64,000 bases of DNA from Marsupella aquatica (taxonomy: Eukaryota; Plantae; Marchantiophyta). Under the pieces are notes generated by a model. The model was not told the DNA's origin. It worked only from the letters and a program-made list of their open reading frames with translations, and searched no databases. The stretch spans positions 9,859,875-9,923,874 of the forward strand of contig OZ316891.1 in NCBI GenBank assembly GCA_973895155.1. The letters are read 5' to 3'. The position numbers were made by a program, and so were the translations under genes. Positions 11,601-22,790 of the stretch are shown in pieces (position 1 is the stretch's first letter; each line of letters starts with the position of its first letter).

Positions 11601-14600
11601 GTTCCTGAGTCGTCTAATTATTGTCAACCTGTACATGAATTTGCGCAACCGGAGCATCGGGATTACCTGCTTGAACAGAGTGCTCCGCCCAGATCCTTCA
11701 TGTCCGAGAAGAAGTATTTTTTGAAGCTTATTTTGCACGGAGGAACCGGGCATATATGTGTCCGGAGAAGCTCGATGAGTATAAGGAGTACTCGGCCCAG
11801 GTGTGGGTAAGGAGAAGAAAGGATACAGCAACCTGATTGAAGTCTGGTATAAAACAGCAGACCGATACATATATTAGACAAGAGATGAAGTACCGGCTTT
11901 GCACTTTAAACGCTGTACAAAGTAGAATAAAATGCACTAGTTCAAACACATAAAGCTAGATGGTGAACAAGAACGAGAAAACCACTAGTAAATCACTATT
12001 TAGCACAGGACTTAAACTTGCCTTATTCCAGATATTTCCCTTAAAATTATTTTGGCCCTCCTCTTGATACGAACCGTCAGGTTCCACCCACAAATGTGTT
12101 GACGGGGGACAGTGAACACCTGCCAGCTAATCACAACAGAGAAGGAATTGGATTTTTGCAAGTCAAAAAGCTGCGCAGACCCCATCAACTTTAAAATGCC
12201 ACCGTTTTACAACTCGAAAGAGACTAGTTAGCAATCATGATAGGACAAACCATGACAAGAACTCAATTTAATGGCTAGAGAATTCTTTGAGAATCAACTA
12301 TGGATCCAGGTTGTCTGTCTAATTCGGTAGTTGCTTAAACTTACCTTAAGCATCTTCAGTTCCAATTTGCCCAGCTCACGGCCATTCATGAAGACTTGAG
12401 TGGTACCATTACTAGCATTTTCTTGTAGCTGCCCACCTACTTTCATATCCGGACTGATCAGCTTGTCTGGTCTTTCGCCCTCCTGTTGATGCCAACATTC
12501 GAGCAGATCTTCCGGTTAGTCTACGAAGGTGAATGTGAGGTGCAAATCAGCTGAGATTCACAAAGCCTATAGGTCGCACATTTGCAAATAGAAGAGCTGT
12601 TTGGCATTGAATCTCACTAATCCAAGAGCAATGGACATTGTGAACGCAAGGTTGCCTCCGATCAACTGCTTTAACGTTGTAGAAATGTTTACAAATTCAA
12701 CAACAGGCTAGATTCAACCCAGAAATTGACCTCTCCCGCTCAGATAAGAGGAACATCTATGCCGATTGTAATCACACTAGATTCATGTAAGATCCATTGA
12801 CTTCCCGCAGTTCAGCTATGAGTTAAATGTCAGGCATTCAACATGAGCTACAATCAGATAAAACGAAAGGACGATACATACTCTTAGGAGACATGTATGC
12901 TGAGTCCCATACACGTTCATCCAACCAAGCACAACGCTACCAAGCTTGATCATGTTCATTCTTCTGGAAAATCTCTAAATGAAACTGTTCGTCATTTCAG
13001 GACTAGGTGAAAGATTTGTGTTCCGTACCGTATTACGAAGACACTAGGCAGAGATCCATAGATGAGCGGGAAGTGGGCCAAAGGTAAACTATACTGAACC
13101 AATAGTATCAACCAAAACGAGAAAATGGAATGGTTCTTACCTTGCCCCAAAGTCCTGACTGCATATCGTACCAATAATGTCCGGGCTTCAGCTTTTGAGG
13201 AGGAATTGGACATTTCAGTAATATTGCTAGTTCTTCCTCTGTTAGCTGTCGGCCATTGACGTAGAGTTGCTCCGGCCTCAACTGATTAGCTGCACATTCC
13301 TTCTCTGCCTTCATTATCTGCTCTACTTCTTGGAGCCTCAAAAGACGATTCAGAAGCCTCGAAGGTTTCCCAATGTAGGGTCTTTTGGCTTCATCCACAG
13401 GTTTGCCAATACACGTCCTGCACTTCCGACCCTCTGGCATCGACTCCATTGCTATAAGTACGCAGTTGTAGCAGTACTTGGAGTTGCACACCAGGCAACA
13501 CTCCTTGTCAGTTAGCCGATGACCTTTATGGCAGCGGTAGCATTCCCCTTTCCGTCTTTGTTGCCTCGTTGGTGCAGCAGGGTTCTCGCCATTAGTTGGC
13601 GTGAGATGGCTGCCTACTGCCTGAGAGCCTATCGAGGCAATGGCTTGAATCCCTGGAAGAGACATTGATCTCGGTTTGTGCCCGGCCTGCCGATAAGGAT
13701 CTTCGCTTGAGAAGTCTGCGGAATTTTGCATCTTCCAGAATCCCACGGGTTCCGACTTCGCTAGTATACCTTCTGAGGCGTAGGACCTGAAAGATCGTGA
13801 AACTGAGGCTCGAGAATCTGTGGGTGAACCAATTTTAGAAGCGGATTCGGATTCATCATCCGAAGTCCCTCCCAAAGTCCGGGAAGATGCGTGAGCACCT
13901 CCCGAAAGTGAAGTATTCGACAAAACTGGCATCTCGGCCAGGCCAGGATCTAATGCACCCCTTGACGCTTCAGAAGTCGCAGCTTCCAGTTCTCGAAAAT
14001 CCGCAGCTAGTAGAGATGGCGTTCGAGACCGAGACGGAGGGCTTAATGGTACAGAACTGGTCCCAGCATCGTCTCCAGCTTCCGAAGGTGACGCTAAAGG
14101 AGTATCTCGCTTATTCCTGTCTCGGTTGCGCTGGTCATTGCTGAACCAAGCCGGAAATGGATTCACAAAACTGACCGAGGATCGAGGCCGAGGAGATAAA
14201 CTTGTTCTGCCGTTGTCAGATGGAGAGGTAGGTTTAGAGACCTGTAGAGGTTCATGCAAGGGCCTGATAGGAACAGCACTCGCATCCAAGGGTTCCACTT
14301 TCGGTACCTCGTGGTCAATTGGAGGACCATGGTACTCGAGAGCGATGGAATAGTCTTTGCCATTCCCGACCAGTTGAGAAAGTCCTTGAGGGATCATACT
14401 GCTGATCAACTTCTCCTCGTCGATATCTATGTAAGCCGCCGTCAACCTCTGAACCATAGAAGAAGGCTCGGGCTCAACGGGAACGTCCTCTATCGCGTCG
14501 TATTTCTTCTTCTCGTCCTGGAAGAGAACCTTGCCGGTCATGTTGCTCGCGCAGTAGTCTGAAAACGAAGCATTACGATCCACGAGCAAACCTTGGACAG

Positions 14601-15462
14601 GCGTCTCCCGAAATTTTTGCGTTACTTGAGGTACTTCGAGAGGGGACACTGAGGACTTTCTCGTGCGCCATTTGAGAGGGGAACCGGGACGCGTTGTTCC
14701 TAGGGGTTCGGGGGAAGGTGGACTCCTAAGATCAACGGTGGGAAACTGCAACTCCGAAGCGGAACCGATTGACGAGCTTGGAGTACTTGCCTGTGAAGAG
14801 TACGAGAGCACTCTTCTCTTCGATTTTCCGCCCTTCGGTGGCAAGTTTGAGTTTGTGAGACTACCGTCGGAGCCGAAACTGTCACTTCTACCCTTCACCA
14901 CCAACCGAAGTCCCTTTTCCGATCGTAAACCTATTATTTGCTCTTCGGCAACTCCACTTCCGTCCCCTACAATTCCCTGTACTGTTTCACCTGTGTTCCT
15001 CTCTTGACTCGAATGCCTGTCATAACCCGACTTTTGACTCGAAGCAGGAGAGAAAGACTCTACGACTGGTACGGCCGAGGTTGGGAATCCAGGAAATGTC
15101 TCCAACGGTTGCAAAGACTTCAACATCCTGCTCAAACTCAACGCTTCTGCTTCCAGTGGGCGTAATTCAGATCCCTCGACTGTCTCTGCCGAATTCCCTT
15201 GACGTGCATTTTCACGCTCAAGCTGCTGAGATTGAGATATTCCGAATATATGAGGTCGTGTTGGAAACAAGCTGACAACCAGGCCAGACTCGCGGCTTCT
15301 CGGGGAATTCGGGAGTGAGGTTTCGGGGGACTTTACAGCTCGAGAATTCCTGCCTACTTGAAGAAGACCAGGAACAACACCATCACCCCCGGAAAAATCC
15401 TTCTCCGCTGCTTCCGTGACGTAGAGCCTGTCAATTCCAGATCCTGATGAAGAAGCTACCAT
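8630..15462 (-). CDS. XLG: Extra-large G protein (XLG; long N-terminus, Cys-rich domain, G-alpha-like domain)
   Basis: Minus-strand exons 15462-13141, 12482-12345, 12126-12022 (GC donor), 11843-11667, 11498-11321, 10686-10451, 9996-9842, 9236-8630, all in phase. Motifs: [11 protein letters not shown]; Cys-rich [27 protein letters not shown]; LYVNGRQL; [15 protein letters not shown]; P-loop-like [16 protein letters not shown]; KWLSMFEDV; LLLNKYD. Confidence 0.95.
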
Positions 15463-17218
15463 ATCTCATCCTCAGCGGCACTACTGCAAAAGGTTCTGGA
15501 AAGGACAATTCCACTCACTTTCTGACATGACCCTCGGCGTCCCTGGCCTGATCTATAAACGTTCCAGCCTACACGGAAACGTATCATTAATTGTCAGGTA
15601 CACTGCGCAAAAGTACTGTACAGAGTGAACGTATAAGCCCGCGATCAACCGTGACTCTCAACTTAGCACAGAATCGAAGCACAGAACACCATTGACATCG
15701 CAACAAACGATTCCATGACCCACTTCACACTCATCCACTCAGATCAGGTACGCTCACAAACAGAAGACTCGACGCCAGTCTGTAGCATGTATGTCCAAAA
15801 AGACGGTCCAGACAAGCACGGCATCATAAGATTGTCACACAGCTGACGGAGCTCAAAGAATCGAACTGCCAAAATGTCGCAACCAAATCATACAAAGCAC
15901 GAGAATTGTCATAAAAATTCGGAACGACACCGCAGCCTCGGACAGGTAAGGTAGCTCCGCTCGTTAACGCAGCTCAGCCATCTAAAACAGAAAGACCATA
16001 GAGAATTATCATGCTCACCTTGTCCGAAATTCCCGACGGGTGGTGCATCGAACAGCCTTCCGAAATCATCATGCACCCTTCTGTTCCTTTCCTCCAGCCA
16101 GCAGCAAAATTCGTCCAACCTCAAACGCGACACCAAACGTCACCGCGCAACAACATCACCATTATACACTCGTCGAAGTTCCCTCCACAATTGGCAGATG
16201 TCTGACAAAATCACGCAGCGCAACGCCGAGGTACAATACAACATACGGACCGTATGACGTGGTTCTGTCAGTCAGACTTTCGTCAAAGAACTTTCCTGAT
16301 CTAGCACGACTCGATAGCTGATGGAATCCAACTGCGTTCGGCCATAGGCACCGCCTTCGTCTCGTCGCTCTCTCGGCAGGCAGCAGAGGACATCACTACA
16401 ACACCGAACCCATTCAATATCGCGGTTCCGAAGCAACCGGGAGGGACAGTACAGTCGAGGAAACCGGGTGCCGTGTTTGCGTCCGTCCGTGCGTACGTCC
16501 TGCCTACCAAGCGAGCGTACGACCCAGACAACTTAGCTGTAGAAAGCGAAGCTCCTTCGACTCCTTCGGGTGGGTTTCCTGCATGGCCCGCATGAAGCGC
16601 TGTTCCGGCCTGATGCTCATCCTCTTCCCACAGTCCAAATCAAGGTACCGAGGAATGGAGAAAACGTTCCACACGAGAGCGCTTGTCTTTCCTTTCTTCG
16701 CCAATCTTTAAATCGCTCTAGGGATAGACTTCATTCATCATGACTACGAAATGTTCACCGTACTCTCAGCGTCAGGAGAAGAGGAATCGTCATCTCGGGA
16801 TTACTTTGGGGAACAGCTTTTAGACCACACAACTGTTTTCAACACCAGCCAAGTCGGAAAGCACGAGTAGTGGAACGCTTTCAAATCCCAAGATCGAAGA
16901 CACACAACTGAAGTACAGTCCCTCCATCTCTCGACTAGAGCAACGAGATATTTGTCACACTAATTGACTTTTTCATGTCATGAGCGGTGACGAAATCAGG
17001 TTCCGACATTGTAAACTACGCAGTACGATTGGGAAGAGAACAGAAATGATCGACCGTGATACCCGCCGTCGTCCTGCGCGGAACGAATAATAATTGTCGA
17101 AGACTAGAGACCATTTCAACGACGAGGAGATCGTTCCTTGCCTATTCCGGTGCCCGTCTGTCGTAACTTTGTCTCCTGCCCGCTCTCCCGTCACATCACG
17201 TCTCCCGTCAAGCAAGGC

Positions 17219-17625
17219 TCAGCAACGAAAAAGAAAGGCCAGGATCTCTTCCCACAACTGAGCGCGCCACGAGAGTCGTTGGATATGGCGCTACAGAGTC
17301 ATGACGACGGAGTACCAAAGCCGGTTTGTTTTCGTTCAACACAGGATTGTCAAGCAATGGTCAGCAACGAAAACGAAAGGCCAAGATCTCTTCCCACAAC
17401 TGAGCGCGCCACGAGAGTCGTTGGATATGGTGCTACAAAGTCATGACGACGGAGTGCCAAAGCCGGTTTGATTTCGTTCAACTCGGGGTTGTCAAATGGT
17501 CTCCAACGAAAACGAAAGGCCACGATCTCTTCCCACAACTGAGCGCGCCACGAGGATCGTTGGATATGCCAGTACCGAGTCATGACAGTGTAGTACAAAA
17601 GCCGGCTGGATTTCGTTCAACACAG
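17219..17625. repeat. Three tandem copies of an ~140-bp unit upstream of XLG
   Basis: caacgaaaa.gaaaggcca.gatctcttcccacaactgagcgcgccacgag..tcgttggatatg repeats at about 17223, 17365 and 17504. Confidence 0.92.
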
Positions 17626-19419
17626 GGCCGGAAGACTAGTTTATATTATTCTGCCGAGACGAGCCAGTTGACCGGATCTCTGCGATTATGGAAGTCGGCC
17701 GTACCCGTTCTTCCGGCTTTACCGTTCGTATGTCCTCTATTATTATTTCTGCCTGCAGGTGGATAGATTAGTAGGTTATAATTAGTGATCACCTACCAAT
17801 CAGAACAGATTCTGTCTACAGGAGGCTCTTCCTATGTGCATACCAGTGCAATCTTTAATTAAGGTTTTTACTTTTTCGCCAGAATGGCGAAGGTTGACTC
17901 TGTGAACGAGAAGATGCTCCAAATATTTTTTATCTGACTTTCCTAAAATATTTTCATGGCGGTTAGATCTCCCTAGATTTGAGTATGACCTTTAGATTCT
18001 GGCTATTGGGTAGATTCTGGCTATTGGGGACACTGGCTAATGAGACAGAGAAAAACTAGCTCATTTTTGTCAAAAGTGGCTACAGCTTTTTTGAAGAGGT
18101 GGAACGTGGCAAATTTTCGCAAATTTTCGCCACTAAAAGGCACTGGTGCATACTTTATGAGTGGAAACCCTGCCTAATCGCAAGGATCCCGGGTTTTCCC
18201 TTGTCTTAACAGTTTTTATAAGTGCTAAAGAGCTCCACTAAATGACAAAATTGTGAATGCAAAACCATATTGGAACTCTTATGGATGAATGTTATATACA
18301 CCTACACAATAAACAATCATTGTTGAAGTGCATTACTCAGGCTGCTGGCCAGGGGGTTTTGGCCCATAACCTTCTTCACAACCACACTGCAAATTTAAGA
18401 AATGGTTTACAAGATGTGCAGGCCCTATGCAAATCTAAAGGGACCTTGGTATTCTCTGAACCTTGATATTAGCTAAGGTCTCCTTGCCACATCTAGGGCA
18501 CCCAGTTCTTTACCCACAGCACAAAACAACAAGAAGTACACCTCAATAAATGCAATCTTGGACTATTGTAAGGCAGGCCTTTCTTATTCATTTTCGGTGC
18601 AAATTAACTTTGCTTGTTTTCTTAAAGTGCAATCCCTCCAGTGCCAGTTAACTGCAATAATTGCAATAAACTTGTCTTCAACTCTTCCTGGCACATGCAA
18701 AGATCAATTGACATAGATTAAGCAGATTTGGACAATGAAAATGTGTAGTATTTAATGAGTTCACATGCTTTGAGCAAGGGTTAAGGGTTGTATTGACCAT
18801 TTATGAGTGGAAAGTTAGGTTTGAGGGACCTGACATGAATGAGACCCATTTCCAACTATTCTATTAGTGTGCACTTGCCCAATGGACCAATTTATTTAAT
18901 TTATGGGTTCACTCTACCCAAACACATCCGACAAGCTTTCCCCTCTCTAAAATATCCAGCAATTCTTAACAGAGAACAACGCAAAGTGTGCTCTTATTTA
19001 TTGATAAGTACAATACTACTGATATTTCTTCGAGTAGAAATCTGTCATATCTTTCTGGAGTCTACAACTGCACCCATTGGGAGTCACCGGTGATTGCGGG
19101 CCACTAATGGAGATATTCCTAAACAATGCATAAATATGGCTCATAGGTTTGATCCCAGTCGTACTGACAAGTAAATCAGCCCCTGGAATGAGTTTTTCAA
19201 TGGACACAAGCTCCTAGCACATGTGATCATATTCAATCAATCATTATCTCCATTTACTATAAGTACTAGCCCAAATACTCATGCATTTACACCTAGGGAG
19301 TCTAAAACAAACAACCTGCTATGATCTCTTTTGACTACCAAGGTGAACCTAATTTCTGTATTGAATGCAAGTTGCCAATGTGTAACCAGTTTTGGAGGTC
19401 CCTTTTATTCTCATAATCT

Positions 19420-19590
19420 CTTGCTCAAAAGTAACCTTTTTTTGGACAGCAATTATGTACTCTAATAGAGGTCTAGAGGTCAGGGCAGGGGTTCTAGCTT
19501 GAACCCGCTTGCTCAAAAGTAACCTTTTTTCTGGACAACAATTATGTACTATAATTGAGGTCTGGGCAGGGGTTCTAGCTTGAACCCCAC
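19420..19590. repeat. Tandem duplication of ~88 bp
   Basis: cttgctcaaaagtaaccttttt..tggaca.caattatgtact..ggcaggggttctagcttgaaccc is present twice. Confidence 0.85.
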
Positions 19591-21250
19591 TCTAAGAAAG
19601 CTAAACAAAAAGCTTCCCAATTGTTATCCGTCAAGTTTTTTTTTTCATTTTTTGGTCAAACGGTTACAGGTTATTAACTCGAGACTCTTTTCACTTTTTG
19701 GTCAAAAGGTTACAGGTTATTAAATCCAGCACAGACGTCATTATCCTATACTTCAAAGGGGTGGGAGCCTGGCACAACTTGCACATGGAGCAAGGCCAAT
19801 ACTAGTACCTTTTCTCCAACCTGTGTAATAATTATCAAGAAGCTGTCTGCTTTTGAAATTAATTTCTCCCCTAGACGTAGACTTAGTAAAGACTCAGCAA
19901 ACCAAACCAGCCACCACTACCAGAAATTGGAAGGCTAGTTTTGGCTTCCAACTGGAGGAAAGGCAGCTCTTGATGAGTCGTTACTAGGAAACAATTCTTC
20001 TTCCGACCTCTTATAACTCACATTCGCAAAGTCGATGAGACTATAATGTATATTATACAGACCGCAAAATCACAAGATAACACCCATATCCGGAGGTATT
20101 CTATGTTGCGAGCAAACAAGAGATTTTGATAGTGAGGAGAATGTTATTAGCGAGACACTAATGGTTTCAGATTTCATTTGCTTTTTACTGCCTTTTATAT
20201 TTTTGTGTTTTATATTTTTGTGTTTTTTTTAAGACTCCAGATGGAGAGCTCGCTAGTAACAAGGGGAGTCCCCAAAAGGATGTTACCAACCAGGTAGTTG
20301 GATGTAGAAAAATAGGGGTCATGCAAAAATGTGTTTTGCTAGTGTGAGGAAAAAAATTACAATTACCCCATATCCTGAAAAATTATCAGGAAGGACAAAC
20401 CTAGCCTCTCACATCTTTGGGTGACAGCAATAGCGCGCTGCCCTAAATCCACTCTCTCCTCATGTAAAGGAAGTTTTAGACTCCCGGGTCATTTCGTCCA
20501 AGCACATTTTCCTTACAGATTCATGGTTGTCCAATTTCACCAGCTATCCATAAACGTTATTTAACCACCACATACCATTGGTGAGGTTACCACCTCTATC
20601 AGAGTCTACAAGAGTTCCCATGGCCAAAGTTGTTCTACTATTCACATGAGCACATGTTGGACCAAGCCAAGAGAGATTTCATGCCCAATGGACATCGACA
20701 CTAGAACTAGCACGTTTGGGACAAATTCCATCAATTTATTGAAATCACCGTATCATCTGTCTTGCTATCACTCCTTGTAGATTGCACCCTTCTGCAGGAG
20801 ATCTAGGGGAAATTGGTTTTAGCTCGATCCTTGCTTCACATAAACACTCTTTGGTTGCTCCATTTGCATCTCTCGTCCTTCTCTCCTACGAAAAGTTTTC
20901 CACTGAGAGAGAATTTGGGCCATAACGCTTGCAAGATTAAGGAAGCTCTTTAGCTGCCTAACCATTCATCACAAAGAGATTTGAACTCACGAGCTTGATT
21001 TCCACAAGCAACTCGCAGAACGTTTCAGCAGTATGTTATCACGTGGACGTGTAGATATTGAATCTTTGTCAACACTCTCTGTGGGCAGCGACTCTCTTCC
21101 CGCTTCTTTGTAAATGAAGGATTGGAGATTGGTTTTAGGGACCCATTGCCCGCATTATTGAGAAATTGGTGACAGTCTTTCAGCCTGGATCTCAAAGATC
21201 GTAGATGGCTGCCAATGAAAAACCTCTCGAAGATAATGCTTCCAATCTGG

Positions 21251-22790
21251 TTACAGGTAATCGCCACAAAAACACACGCCATCTTTAAAATGGTGAAAGC
21301 AATTAGCTGTAATCTAGCGTCCCATCGCCTTAGATATATCTTTGGATGCTGCATGGCAATGTGAACAAACCCGACTGTTCTTATATACACGAATTGGGTT
21401 TCCGCGATCTTATCGGTATTCTGGAACACGTTGCGTCCTCTACAAAAGTTCATGGATCTTGTTATCAACTTCAAGCCAGCTACGGCCTGGCTCCTTACGA
21501 ACACATCTCTGCTACATCATAGTGCGCACCAATTCCAAAGAACACCTCTCTTTTGCATCAGAGCGCGCACCAATTACGAGTTCTCTCACTCGCCAACTGC
21601 AGGGTGGATGTTGGAGAGGAGCACATATGCAGACTGAGGCATTATTGGGTGCTAGCTTGAAGAGCTACTAAGCGGCAAGTTCTACAAGAGACAACCCAGC
21701 ATTACTATAAGTTCTACAAGCCCCACCTAAGACCAAGTGTCGCAGGTCTGCGGTCTCACAAGGAAGGAAGCCATGTCAACACGTGGACATCACTGCCCGA
21801 ATGAAGGCCAGTCGGAAATCACACGGTCCGCATTCATTTTCCGAAGAGTTCCAAGGCTTCATGTTGTGCGAGTCCGCCGATCTTCACGGTCCATGTGATT
21901 ACATAACTTTTCTCCATTCTGTCAATAACTCGTCGGGCGTCATCTATGCTGCCAGGCTTTGCGCAAACTCGACTCAAGTCCCGCTTTGCTAGCATGGCCT
22001 GACCCTTCTTCACCCACTCCAAAGCCCCCGCACTTGCAGATGCATTCAGGAATGCTCATATAAGTGATTGATTTTGGTCCGAAACCTTCCCGTCTCATGC
22101 TTCTACATCAAGACCACTTTCTGCATTGCTCCAATTATTATTGTTCCACGTGTTACTAGAACTCGTTTATCATTCAGTCAAACATTCGTCGGGCATCATC
22201 CACGCCACTTACGGCATGCGCACCACCCGTTACCTCCAAAGTGATGACATTTCGATTGGTCATTTTGTCAAAACTTGCCTTGCCTCCATGATGCACCCAC
22301 ACTTTGCATATAGCTGAATTAGGGCAATATCCACATTCTCATCTGATTCAAAGCCGCATGTCGAATTGTCATGATCTTCTTTTCCCATTTCAGAGCTAAT
22401 AGGCTGGCACATGCCTTTAGGATGCACAGATATGTAACTTTGTTGGGCAGCGCACCTTCTTGGCGCATTAATTAGAGAAGTTCCAGTGCGGTTTCAGCAT
22501 CATCACTCTTAATTAGCATATCCTGCAATCATGATGGTCAAAGTAAAAACGCCCTTCATGTCAAGTTCGTCAGACACTCGCCGTGCATCCAATCATAGTT
22601 CCACATCTCATATGCACATCCACTCTGGATGATGCAGTAACGAACCTGCTTGGCTGCTAAAAGGTCCTTCTGTTTGAAGAAGATTTGCAGAACTTCAGTA
22701 TATGTGTACGGGTCTGTAGTAATGCCTCGTTGTAGACGGTTCTTCCAAACAGTAATTCCTTCGCTCGTAGTGCCCGCCCTATGCATGTGC
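21251..22790 (-). pseudogene. Decayed PLS-class E/DYW pentatricopeptide-repeat gene (organellar RNA-editing factor type)
   Basis: Fragments read across frameshifts and stops. N-terminal RLQRGITTDPYTYTEVLQ..KQKDLLAAKQV (about 22640-22740); MIAGYAN*..LELL*LMRQEGALPNKVTYLCILKACAS (about 22400-22535); AKPGSIDDARRVIDRMEKSYVITWTVKIGGLAQH (about 21860-21965); PG box KEPGRSWLEVDNKIHE (about 21450-21497); DYW tail [49 protein letters not shown] (21403-21251). Confidence 0.9.

Noticed and set aside
13267-15275. Multiple + strand ORFs
   Set aside because: These are antisense shadows of the long XLG first exon.
17219-17625. Possible CRISPR-like array
   Set aside because: Whole units are repeated with no unique spacers, the context is eukaryotic, and no cas genes are present.
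20800-20850. Minus-strand AKTNFP peptide resembling the end of an AP2 domain
   Set aside because: It is flanked by stops and has no upstream WLGTF/AAxAYD motif; likely chance.
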